From assembly GCA_035340095.1 (NCBI GenBank), contig DAORGN010000001.1, positions 2,218-66,217 on the forward strand: a stretch of 64,000 bases of DNA, in the 5' to 3' direction. This DNA is from Pseudomonadota bacterium (GTDB lineage: Bacteria > Myxococcota_A > Polyangia > Palsa-1104 > JAEUJZ01). The first letter of the stretch is position 1, and every line of letters begins with the position of its first letter. The translations under genes were made by a program, and so were the position numbers. The notes under the pieces are model-generated. The model was given only the letters and a program-made list of their open reading frames with translations, made no database searches and was not told where the DNA came from. Below are positions 55,760-64,000 of this stretch, piece by piece.

Positions 55760-57373
55760 ATGCATCGCGTGGTCCGTCTCTCTTCGGTTTCTTTCGTCCG
55801 TACAGCGGTCTTGTCTTGTGCCGGCCCGATCTTCTGCTTCGCGCTGTCTTCCTGTCTTCCGAGCGATCTGGAAAACGCAGTTCAAATAGAGGAGTCTCAT
55901 ACTCCTCTTTATGTGCTTGCTTCACGGCTGTGGCCCGATGGTCCCATTCCGGTCTGCTTTGAAGAACTAGACCCAGCGCATTCCCAAGAGCGCGGCTGGG
56001 TCCGCAGCGCCGTCGAAAATACCTGGCAGAGCCTGTCGTCTGTGCGTTTTTCCGGCTGGGGCAAGTGCAGCGTGGGGACAAAAGGAATCCGCATCCGCAG
56101 CCAAGATGTCGGTCCGTACACGCTGGGCCTTGGCACTGAGATAGACGGGAAAACAGACGGAATGAGCCTAAACTTTGCATTTACGACGTGGAGTCCGGGC
56201 TGCCAGCGGACCCGCGAGTTTTGCATCACGGCGGGCGCGGTGCATGAATTTGGTCACGCGCTTGGTTTTGCGCATGAACAGAATCGATCGGACACGCCCT
56301 CTTGGTGTACTTCGGAACAGGGTTCCGATGGCGATATTACCGTCGGAAGTTGGGATCTAAGCTCGGTGATGAACTACTGCAATCCGCGCTGGACCGGGGA
56401 TGGAAAACCAAGTGAAACCGACAAACAAGGGGTGCGGGCAAGCTACGGCAGAGGCAGCACGTACTGGCAAGTCGCGCAGTCTTTTGGAACGTCGTTTGCG
56501 GTGGGAGATGAAACACAAGATCCAGCCAGCAGCGGTGCCGATGATGCTGCGTTTGTCGATGTGACCGGCGATGGGCTTTCTGATCTGGTGCTGTGGTTTT
56601 CAGCCTCGCGCACGCTGATGGTGGCGCAGTCGCAGTCTGGCGGTCGCTTTGCTTCCCTGAAAACCTGGTCAAAAGGCGAAGGCAGCGCGACCGATCGACT
56701 GCTGTTTGCCGATGTCAGTGGGGATGGCCGTGCCGATGCGTTGTTTGTGAATCGTTCCACAGGGGAATGGTCGGTTTCTGTTTCCAGCGGGACTGCGTTC
56801 CGGACACCTTCGCTGTGGAAAAGCGGGCACGGAATCGGGTCAACCAGCCAGCTTGCTGCCGATGTGACCGGCGATGGTCGTGCCGATGCGATTGCGTTCT
56901 TTTCTGCGACGGGAAACTGGTGGGTTGCGGCATCCACGGGTCTTCTGTTTGGTGGCTATTCCCAGTGGAAAAGCGGACACGGAATCGGATCAACCAGTCA
57001 GCAGGCTGCGGACGTCACGGGCGATGGTCGTGCGGATGCGGTGGTATTTTTTTCTGGCAGCGGATCGTGGTGGGTCGCACCGTCTACCGGAAGCGCATTT
57101 TCAAGCTACTCACTGTGGCGTTCTTCGCATGGCGCAGGATCGACATACCAGTGGCTTTCTGATGTGACTGGCGACGGAAAAGTCGATGCAGTTGTGGGTT
57201 ATGAAAAGACAGGTTCCTTCTTTGTTGCGCCGTCTTTGGGAAACAGCTTTGGGACGGACGCTCGCTGGCTGTCTGGGTTTGGCGCGGCCCTGGTTCCGGG
57301 GATCAATCAGGTGTTGGTAGGGGATGCCACTGGCGATGGACGGGCCGATCTGCTGCTGCGCTGGCGCAAATAG
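55760..57373 (+). CDS. Astacin-like (M12A) zinc metalloprotease lipoprotein with C-terminal FG-GAP/VCBS-type repeats
   Basis: Lipobox-like …FALSSC…. The zinc motif is HEFGHALGFAHEQNRSD and the Met-turn is …SSVMNY…. About 6 repeats centred on …D[VL][TS]GDG[RK][AV]D[AL]… then alternate with W/F-rich strands. Confidence 0.8.
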   Translation: MHRVVRLSSVSFVRTAVLSCAGPIFCFALSSCLPSDLENAVQIEESHTPLYVLASRLWPDGPIPVCFEELDPAHSQERGWVRSAVENTWQSLSSVRFSGWGKCSVGTKGIRIRSQDVGPYTLGLGTEIDGKTDGMSLNFAFTTWSPGCQRTREFCITAGAVHEFGHALGFAHEQNRSDTPSWCTSEQGSDGDITVGSWDLSSVMNYCNPRWTGDGKPSETDKQGVRASYGRGSTYWQVAQSFGTSFAVGDETQDPASSGADDAAFVDVTGDGLSDLVLWFSASRTLMVAQSQSGGRFASLKTWSKGEGSATDRLLFADVSGDGRADALFVNRSTGEWSVSVSSGTAFRTPSLWKSGHGIGSTSQLAADVTGDGRADAIAFFSATGNWWVAASTGLLFGGYSQWKSGHGIGSTSQQAADVTGDGRADAVVFFSGSGSWWVAPSTGSAFSSYSLWRSSHGAGSTYQWLSDVTGDGKVDAVVGYEKTGSFFVAPSLGNSFGTDARWLSGFGAALVPGINQVLVGDATGDGRADLLLRWRK

Positions 57374-57511
57374 GAACCCGCAAGTTGTCGTCGAAAAACG
57401 CTCTCTGATGGTGGCGCTGGCGCATGCAAAGACACAAGGTGGCCACATTTGGCCATCGACTCTGCGGTTGCGCTCTGGAAAACGCTGGATCGGATTGCTA
57501 CGGTCTTTTGC

Positions 57512-58966
57512 ATGACGACTACACAGCCGCTTCCTTATGACGAAATTCCGATGTTGCCAGATGGCCTGGGACTGGGTCCAACGCTGCTGTTTCGGCGCGA
57601 TCGCTACGCATTCATGATGAAGCTATCGACCGGCGCACCGCTGTGCCGTGTCCAGCTCTTTGATCGCAAAGTGGCACTGGTGACGGGGGCTTTGGAAATC
57701 CAGCAGCTTCTGGTCGAAAACGCCGGTTCACTGGCCAAGTCTGCGGTCCAGAAATTGGTCGGCTATCCAGTGCTGGGCGACGGACTTTTGGGCAGCAGTG
57801 GTGAGCTGTGGCGCAAGCAGCGCAAGCTGATGGCTCCGATTTTTACGCCGGCGCAGATTGCAGGGTATGGAACCGACATGATGCAGTGTGCCGCGCGCGA
57901 GATGGCCACCTATGTGGATGGGTCTCTGCTCGATGTAACGCAGTCGATGACCCGGCTGACGATGAGCGTTGCGGGCAAGACGCTGTTTGGTGCCGATACG
58001 TGTTCGGAAGCCGATGAAATTGGCCGGGCACTGGCCGTGGCCATCCGGCTGTTTGGCAAGCTATCGGGGTCGCCGCTTTCCTTTCTGCAAGTCGCGGTCA
58101 AAGACGGTCTTTCCCGTCTGAGCCAACATCTTCCGGACGCCCTTGCGAGCTTCGTTGACAAAGGTGTCCAGCAGCTCGAGTCGCCGATTCTGTTTGGTCA
58201 GGAGTCCGCGGATCTGGATCAAGCGGTGGCGCTGCTCGACAAATATGTTGCGGATCTGATCGCAAAAAGACGACAGAGTCCCGATGCGTCGCATGACTTG
58301 TTGACCCGCCTATTGGCGGCGCGCGATGGAGCGGATCAGATGACAGACAAGCAGCTTCGCGATGAAGTGCTGACGCTGTTTGTCGCCGGACACGAAACCA
58401 CCGCGGTGTCTCTGTCTTGGAGCTTGTATCTTTTGGCCAAGCATCCCGAAATCTATTCGGACGTTCAGCAGCTGGTCGATTCCCTTCCGGCAGAACCGAC
58501 TGTGGCCGATCTTCCCAAGCTGGGCAAGGTGCTCCGGGTGTTCAAAGAAGCGCTGCGGATCTACCCACCACTGCCGCTGTTTTCGCGCGACACCACGGCT
58601 TCGATTGTCGTCGGTGGATACGAAATTCCTGCCGGGACTCCGGTTCTGATTGCGCCGCTTGGAACGCATCATCGGCCCGAGCTGTGGCCCGATTCCCAGC
58701 GCTTTTTGCCGGACCGCTTTTTGCCAGAACAGGAAAGCCAGCGACATCGCTACGCCTTCATTCCGTTTTCCGCCGGACCGCGCGTCTGCATCGGCAATCA
58801 CTTTGCGATGATGGAAGCCCAGCTTGTGCTGACGACGCTTCTGCGCAACTACGAATTTTCACTGCCTGAAGGGACTGTGGTGGTTCCGGAAATCGACAGC
58901 GCGCTGCGTCCCAAAGAAGGTCTGCACATGCGCATCAAAAGGCGAACGCCACGCCCTGCAAACTGA
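57512..58966 (+). CDS. Cytochrome P450
   Basis: Internal ATG MTTTQPLPYDEIP. I-helix …LFVAGHETTA…, K-helix …EALRIYPP…, and heme-Cys loop …FSAGPRVCIGNHFA…. Confidence 0.92.
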   Translation: MTTTQPLPYDEIPMLPDGLGLGPTLLFRRDRYAFMMKLSTGAPLCRVQLFDRKVALVTGALEIQQLLVENAGSLAKSAVQKLVGYPVLGDGLLGSSGELWRKQRKLMAPIFTPAQIAGYGTDMMQCAAREMATYVDGSLLDVTQSMTRLTMSVAGKTLFGADTCSEADEIGRALAVAIRLFGKLSGSPLSFLQVAVKDGLSRLSQHLPDALASFVDKGVQQLESPILFGQESADLDQAVALLDKYVADLIAKRRQSPDASHDLLTRLLAARDGADQMTDKQLRDEVLTLFVAGHETTAVSLSWSLYLLAKHPEIYSDVQQLVDSLPAEPTVADLPKLGKVLRVFKEALRIYPPLPLFSRDTTASIVVGGYEIPAGTPVLIAPLGTHHRPELWPDSQRFLPDRFLPEQESQRHRYAFIPFSAGPRVCIGNHFAMMEAQLVLTTLLRNYEFSLPEGTVVVPEIDSALRPKEGLHMRIKRRTPRPAN

Positions 58967-59011
58967 CCATCTGGCCACCACAAACACCCCCGACAACAAA
59001 GGGAAAAGCAG

Positions 59012-60487
59012 ATGATTGTGCGAAACGAAACGGTCGATCCGTCGACGCTGAGCGCAAGCGAAACAGAGTCCTTGATTTCATCGCTGTATGCGGTGCACAG
59101 CGAAATTTTCGATGGTGTAAGCCGCGATCAGTTTGCAAAGTACGTGGTCTGTTCGCCGGCAAAACGGACCCGGATTCAGCTTTCCTATGGACACGATGGC
59201 GAGCTGGCCGGCTATCTGGCGATGCATGCATTTCGTCCGCTGCCGTCCGGAAAGGAATGTACGGTGCTGCGCGCGGAAGCGGGTCTTCGGCGGGCGTATC
59301 GCGGCAATTCTTCGACGGCAGGTTTCGCGATCTCGAATCTGCTCAAGACCAAGTGGGACTTTGGCGGACCGCTCTATTACTTGGGCTGTCTGGTTCATCC
59401 ATCGAGCTACACCATCTTTGCCAACAACGCGCCTGCCGTGTGGCCAGCACCGGGTGTGGACATTCCCCCAGAGCTGTTTGATCTGATGATGCGGCTTGGA
59501 GAGGAATTCCATCTGGAGCAAGTCGATCCACAAAGACCGCTTGTGCGCGATGTCGGCTGGATCACCCGCGATACCGAAGTCGAGCGGCGCTACTGGCAGA
59601 CCTGCGACTTGCCGGGCGCGCGTTTTTACGTCGAACAAAATCCGGACTTTACCAAAGGCCATGGTCTGCTAACGCTGCTGCCGCTTGATCTGGCGTCGAC
59701 GGCGAAAATGGTGATGAACACCGGAACGTCGCGGCTGCGCAAAGAGATCCGCCGCACAGTCGGGAGTCTGGAACGAAACGTCCTGCGCAGAACGCTCGAT
59801 GCCCCCACCGCAGAGGAGCTTTTGCAAACGGTCGAGGAAGTCACCGGACTTGATCTGGACAGCGTGCGGAATGTCGGCGTCTTGGGAACCCGTTATCCGA
59901 TTGCTGCGCGTCAGACCTTGTTTCGGGAAGGCGAGCCATCCGATGCGATGTATGTCGTGCTGGAAGGTTCGCTGCTGGTGCTTGGCGACAGTCCGGAAGG
60001 AGAGCTGGTCATCGATCAACTGGGTGCAAACACACTGGTCGGTGAACTGGAAATGATGACCGGACAGCCGCGCGCTACGACGGTGCGGGCGGCGATTGAT
60101 ACCCAGCTTCTGCGTCTGTCCAAAACCGATCTGGACAAGCTGTTGGCGGCAGAACCGCGGCTTGGCAGTGCGCTGTGGGAGCACATTCATGGACGGGTGT
60201 TTGCGCTTCTGTGTCGACGGATTCCGCGGCTTGCACAGCTTTCTCGGCACACCCAAGAGGCGTGGTTTTCCGCCGCATCTTCGCATGTGCTCACAGAGCC
60301 CCAGCAGTTCACAGTGCTATCGCCTGCGCTGCTTGTTTTGTCCAAAGGAAAGCTGGTGGTAGACAGGGCAGGGGAGCTGATGAGTGTGGCTGCACCGGCG
60401 CTGATTCCGGTGGCGGAAGGGAGTGCGGTACAGGCGACGGGGGAAGCGTACTTTGCGCTGCTTCCACCGCAGCCCCCATCCGCTTAA
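59012..60487 (+). CDS. Cyclic-nucleotide-binding-domain protein with uncharacterised roughly 260-aa N-terminal domain
   Basis: cNMP-binding domain at about aa 290-400 (…TLFREGEPSDAMYVVLEGSLLVL…LVGELEMMTGQPRATTVRA…LLRLSKTDLDKLL…). I do not recognise the N-terminal domain. Confidence 0.75.
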   Translation: MIVRNETVDPSTLSASETESLISSLYAVHSEIFDGVSRDQFAKYVVCSPAKRTRIQLSYGHDGELAGYLAMHAFRPLPSGKECTVLRAEAGLRRAYRGNSSTAGFAISNLLKTKWDFGGPLYYLGCLVHPSSYTIFANNAPAVWPAPGVDIPPELFDLMMRLGEEFHLEQVDPQRPLVRDVGWITRDTEVERRYWQTCDLPGARFYVEQNPDFTKGHGLLTLLPLDLASTAKMVMNTGTSRLRKEIRRTVGSLERNVLRRTLDAPTAEELLQTVEEVTGLDLDSVRNVGVLGTRYPIAARQTLFREGEPSDAMYVVLEGSLLVLGDSPEGELVIDQLGANTLVGELEMMTGQPRATTVRAAIDTQLLRLSKTDLDKLLAAEPRLGSALWEHIHGRVFALLCRRIPRLAQLSRHTQEAWFSAASSHVLTEPQQFTVLSPALLVLSKGKLVVDRAGELMSVAAPALIPVAEGSAVQATGEAYFALLPPQPPSA

Positions 60488-61782
60488 CCGATGACGAGCG
60501 GATCGATGCAGACGCCGACTTCCAAGATCAGATAAAGCAGGGCCAGCGCCTGCGGTTCCAGCGCGCCGCTCGTCTCACTGGTGGGTTGGGTGTGATACGT
60601 CGTGTAGAGCACCCGCCCGCAGCCATGCTGCACACTCGCTGTCACCGGCGACGTGGTTTCGACCCAGACTTTCGGGGTGATCTTGGACATTTTGCCGTCG
60701 GCATCAATGTCCATCTTGTCTTGTACCGATGCAATCGCAGTCCACGCATCCTTCACTTCGGACAGCGACTTGCCCTGTGCTTGCAGCCACGCATCCAGGC
60801 CGCTTTCCTTTTTGTAGACCGACTGGTTGCCGCCACCGCCGCTGCACGCGCTGCCAATCTGCGTCGATTCGCCGCGCCAGGTGATGTAGCCAGGGAAGAC
60901 TTGGCGAACGTATTCATACGACCAATCGGATACGTAGATACGGCCCCCTTTCGCGACAAAATCAGCCAGGTTGGACTTGACCCGCGCGTCGGTGTTGAAC
61001 ACTCCGGTGCACTTGGGTCCGGTGTCCATTTGGTTGGTCCCACCCGAGCACGGCAAAAACAGGATGTGGTATTTGCCAAGCTCTTTGGGATCGGTCAGGA
61101 GTGTATTTACGCTCGGATACGGCGACGGCAACCCGAGTCCCTGAAGTCCGTAGATGGCAAACGCGGGCGCATCTTTGGCGAGCACTTGCGCCTTGCCGAG
61201 CAAATCCTTTGAAATGGTGGCTTTCAGTCCCATCCGTGCCAGCACCACTTCAATCGGGTCCCATGCTCCGACGACGACCGCGATCTTGGGAATGTCATCC
61301 CCATTCATCTTGTCGGTGATGGCAGGCAGCGTCGTCTTGTCTTTGGGAATCTGCTGCGCCCCTTCGACGATGCTTATCTGGCGGACGCGGCGGAACGCCC
61401 CCTTTTGCACGACCAGATAGTAGTTGCCCGTGCTCGCATCCAGCTCGAATGTGCCGTCAGGTTTGGTCGTGGTGTGCGGTGTTCCATCGGGAATGTGAAC
61501 GCACTTGTCACAGTACACCGCATCGGGAATTGCCGTCGGTGCATAGGGAACCACATAGACCAGCGCACCCGAGATTGGAATCGTCCCTTCCGGTGCCACC
61601 ACTTTTCCGGTCAGCTTTCCCGTGCTTGGGTTGGGAATCGGGCCCGGACCTGGACCGGGGCCCGGACCGGGCTTTACACCGTTTGCAGCGGGATCATCGC
61701 TGACCTCGCGATCGACTGCGCAGGCAGACAGCACCAGCGACGAAAACAGCAGAAGCGCGGAAGCAAAGGTAGACAGTCTCAT
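60484..61782 (-). CDS. Lipoprotein with (PG)n linker and carboxypeptidase-regulatory-like domain; remainder uncharacterised
   Basis: Signal plus lipobox …LVLSAC…, then …KPGPGPGPGPGPIPNP… and …GKVVAPEGTIPISGALVYVV…. The large C-terminal domain has no motif I can name. Confidence 0.6.
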   Translation of the reverse strand: MRLSTFASALLLFSSLVLSACAVDREVSDDPAANGVKPGPGPGPGPGPIPNPSTGKLTGKVVAPEGTIPISGALVYVVPYAPTAIPDAVYCDKCVHIPDGTPHTTTKPDGTFELDASTGNYYLVVQKGAFRRVRQISIVEGAQQIPKDKTTLPAITDKMNGDDIPKIAVVVGAWDPIEVVLARMGLKATISKDLLGKAQVLAKDAPAFAIYGLQGLGLPSPYPSVNTLLTDPKELGKYHILFLPCSGGTNQMDTGPKCTGVFNTDARVKSNLADFVAKGGRIYVSDWSYEYVRQVFPGYITWRGESTQIGSACSGGGGNQSVYKKESGLDAWLQAQGKSLSEVKDAWTAIASVQDKMDIDADGKMSKITPKVWVETTSPVTASVQHGCGRVLYTTYHTQPTSETSGALEPQALALLYLILEVGVCIDPLVIG

Positions 61783-61850
61783 GGGCGGACTATAGCAATG
61801 GCGGCAAAAGTGGCAGACAAAATTGTAAGCCTGCCGCGGGGCCGGGTAAC

Positions 61851-62549
61851 ATGGCGTCTGCGATGGCTTCTAACAATCGAGCGGAACAAGCGGCGACCGC
61901 GACTTTATTGCTGGAAAACGTACCGCTGCGGGGTTCTTTTGCGAGCCTGGTTCCGCTTCTGTCGCAGCGCAAAGTCTGTGATCTGGGCTGCAATCAGGGG
62001 CATTACTTGCAGTTTGCGGGCGACGGCAGTGTGGGACTGGATGTCAGCGCTGAATCGGTCTTGGCTTGCAGCCAAAAGGGACTTTCCGCGCGGCGCCACG
62101 ACTTCAATTCGCTGCCGCTGCCGCTTCCCGATGCCTCGTTCGAGGTCGTGCTGCTCAGCCATGTGCTCGAACACGTCACGATGCCGCTTCATCTTCTGCG
62201 CGAGTGCAATCGGATTGTGCAGCCGGGCGGTACGTTGATTGTGGGTCTGCCGATCGAAGACGGTCTGTATTCCCGTCTGCGCATGGACTACTTTGGCGGT
62301 GGGGAAGGGCATCTGTTTAGTTTTTCGCTGCGCAACTTGCGCAAGCTGATGACGCTGACAGGATTTGCCGAGCAGCGTGTGATCTGTCATCTGCCACGGC
62401 TTGGGAATCGGTTGTCCGCGTGGAATGAGCGGCTGGTCCGGATCTTTGGCGACCGGCTGTACACCCTGAGTGCGGCGTACTGGTTTGTCGCCCAAAAAAT
62501 CGCTTCACCCGTCGCTGATACAGAGCTGTCGGACTACTTTTCGCGCTGA
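61851..62549 (+). CDS. Class I SAM-dependent methyltransferase
   Basis: Motif I …VCDLGCNQGHY…; …FEVVLLSHVLEHV…; …VQPGGTLIVGLP…. Confidence 0.8.
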   Translation: MASAMASNNRAEQAATATLLLENVPLRGSFASLVPLLSQRKVCDLGCNQGHYLQFAGDGSVGLDVSAESVLACSQKGLSARRHDFNSLPLPLPDASFEVVLLSHVLEHVTMPLHLLRECNRIVQPGGTLIVGLPIEDGLYSRLRMDYFGGGEGHLFSFSLRNLRKLMTLTGFAEQRVICHLPRLGNRLSAWNERLVRIFGDRLYTLSAAYWFVAQKIASPVADTELSDYFSR

Positions 62550-62556
62550 GCCTGCA

Positions 62557-63702
62557 ATGAATCGGTTGCGTCCTTTTGCTTTCGCACTCGGCTTCCTCCT
62601 TTTGGTGGAACTTTTGCTGCGCTGCGTGTTTGCCGCGGATGAGCGCGTGCTTCTGGATGCGCGCAATCCGTTTGGATGCTTTGCCGATGATCCGCTGTAT
62701 CGCTTGCAGAAAGCGCGCGAGCTACCCGAGCCGGCCCTTGATGTGGTGCTGCTCGGTGACTCGGTGCTGGCGTCGGTGGAAAATGGCCCCGGTGAGCGCC
62801 TGACCGACTTTTTGCCAGGCGAAGTGGGGCGGGCGCTGGCGGATTCCTTGCACGGAAAAAAAGTGCGTGCCTGGTCGATTTCCAATTCGGCTGCGCGGGC
62901 TGCGGATCAGCTTGCAGCGCTGAAAATCCTGCATGCGCGGCTCACAAAGACTCCGAAAGGACTGCGCGATCTGGTGGTGGTGATCAGCAGCAATCCGCTG
63001 TTTTTCTCTCGGCGTTTTGCATCCGATGCGATGAACTATCCGTGTCTGTCGTATGCGCTTGCGGACGATCCACTGCTGCTGCGCAAGCTAAACATCCCAA
63101 GCCCAAGCAAGGGACTGTGGGGCGATTCCGATGCGTACTTGGGAACCCTGTTTTCGCATCTGTATCTGTTCCAGCAGCGCCGAAACGTGGCCGAAAAGTG
63201 GGTGGGGGGTCCGCTGCGTCCGCGCCTGCGTGAGCTTGTCACCCACGGCGTTCGTCGCTTGTCCGGACAAAAGGAATCGCAAGTGGTGGTGGATGAAAAG
63301 ACGCGCAACCGTCCGTGGTTTCAGCGCGATCACAAGCGCGATTCCTTTTCGGCGCACTATGACTTTCTGAAAAGCGATTCTCCGGCGGCGTGGAACTGGA
63401 CGGCGACCCGCGCGCTGTTTTCGTATCTGCACAGTCATCCAGAGCTCGCGACGCTGGTGATGATAAATCCGCACAACCACTTTTTCATCGGGCCGCTTGG
63501 GGACACCGATGGCTACCGGACGCTTATCGCGCAGCTTTCCCAAGAGGCGAGCAGGCAAGGCGTGTTCCTGGCCGACTATGATCGGAATCCAGCGCTACAG
63601 AGCGAACATTTTTTGGACATTGATCACTTCACCCGCGACGGAAATCTTGTCCTGTCATCGCTTATCGCTGGTGATGTGGCCAAACGGGTGGCGGGGAACT
63701 AA
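62557..63702 (+). CDS. SGNH/GDSL-fold protein, probable acyl-transfer partner of the downstream MBOAT (AlgJ/AlgX/DltD-like role)
   Basis: Internal ATG MNRLRPFAFALGFLLLVELLL (signal anchor). Block I is …VVLLGDSVLAS…, and a C-terminal block V-like …FLDIDHFTRDG… (DxxH) is present. An MBOAT gene follows 3 nt later. Confidence 0.6.
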   Translation: MNRLRPFAFALGFLLLVELLLRCVFAADERVLLDARNPFGCFADDPLYRLQKARELPEPALDVVLLGDSVLASVENGPGERLTDFLPGEVGRALADSLHGKKVRAWSISNSAARAADQLAALKILHARLTKTPKGLRDLVVVISSNPLFFSRRFASDAMNYPCLSYALADDPLLLRKLNIPSPSKGLWGDSDAYLGTLFSHLYLFQQRRNVAEKWVGGPLRPRLRELVTHGVRRLSGQKESQVVVDEKTRNRPWFQRDHKRDSFSAHYDFLKSDSPAAWNWTATRALFSYLHSHPELATLVMINPHNHFFIGPLGDTDGYRTLIAQLSQEASRQGVFLADYDRNPALQSEHFLDIDHFTRDGNLVLSSLIAGDVAKRVAGN

Positions 63703-63705
63703 GCC

Positions 63706-64000
63706 GTGTCTTTGCTCAGCCTGACGTATGGTGTGCTGGTGCTCTGTACCGTTCCGCTGTATGCGCTGTGTCCGGCGCGCCTGCGGACGCTTCTGCTGTG
63801 TATTTTGTCGCTTCTGTTTTATGCCTGGGGTTCGCTTTCCCATGCCGCGCTCATTGTTGGTCTGGGGACGGTGGTGTTTTTCGTCGGTGAGCAGCTGCAC
63901 AAAAAGCGGAGCAAGCTGCCTTATGTGTTGTGTGTCAGCTTGTGCGTGGTTGTGCTCTGTTACTTTAAGTACTCGATCTTGATGCTGCGCACCGGGGCAG
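63706..64000 (+). CDS. MBOAT-family membrane-bound O-acyltransferase (AlgI/DltB-like), N-terminal part; runs off the right window edge
   Basis: Absent from the ORF track because it is open at the edge. My translation from the GTG at 63706 reads VSLLSLTYGVLVLCTVPLYALCPARLRTLLLCILSLLFYAWGSLSHAALIVGLGTVVFF…. The …LLSLLFYAWG… N-terminus is typical of AlgI-like MBOATs. Confidence 0.65.
   Translation, partial: MSLLSLTYGVLVLCTVPLYALCPARLRTLLLCILSLLFYAWGSLSHAALIVGLGTVVFFVGEQLHKKRSKLPYVLCVSLCVVVLCYFKYSILMLRTGA

Overview
This 64-kb window is about 60% GC, gene-dense chromosomal DNA. The gene content suggests a Myxococcota or Bradymonadia-like deltaproteobacterium: a Hanks-type kinase, a PEGA-domain protein, Cys-rich beta-helix lipoproteins, PilZ and cNMP signalling proteins, and Ala/Lys/Pro-rich tails. 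This lineage call is inference only.

I recognise no rRNA, tRNA, CRISPR array, transposase, integrase or phage genes. Many long ORFs in the track are antisense or out-of-frame artefacts of the high GC. Several real genes start well inside their listed ORF. For these I give the internal start, computed from the ORF coordinates.

Main blocks:
1. 1-9698 (-): an 11-gene complex I cluster, nuoA-B/C-D-H-I-J-K-L-M-N. It lacks nuoEFG, has a fused nuoB-nuoC, and NuoI carries a long low-complexity tail.
2. 9.9-16.5 kb: secreted peptidases (HtrA, M14 carboxypeptidase, S9 dipeptidyl peptidase) around a degenerate sigma54-activator-like AAA+ gene.
3. 16.5-28.4 kb: mixed housekeeping and signalling genes. 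These are a pseudo-cyclase, quinone reductase, lipase-like hydrolase, GMC oxidoreductase, SRPBCC protein, Ser/Thr kinase, MFS transporter and MBL hydrolase.
4. 28.4-34.9 kb: an AT-richer structured intergenic region followed by an atypical rotary ATPase operon. Its genes are a helical protein, an AtpR-like protein, a, c, a b subunit with a delta-like C-terminus, alpha, gamma and beta. It has no delta gene and no epsilon gene. I consider this the most interesting system in the window.
5. 35-46.9 kb: a phosphodiesterase, MFS transporter, PilZ protein, MgtA-type P-type ATPase, a triple-HTH protein with a histone-H1-like tail, a methyltransferase, a PEGA protein and a beta-helix lipoprotein.
6. 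46.9-52.7 kb (-): a czcCBA-type heavy-metal RND efflux operon.
7. 52.8-64 kb: a PhoPQ-related hydrolase, DUF486 protein, MBL-fold hydrolase, astacin/FG-GAP lipoprotein, P450, cNMP-binding protein, a lipoprotein, and a methyltransferase-SGNH-MBOAT trio that runs off the right edge.

All functional calls rest on motif recognition by eye in the supplied translations. No database search was run.
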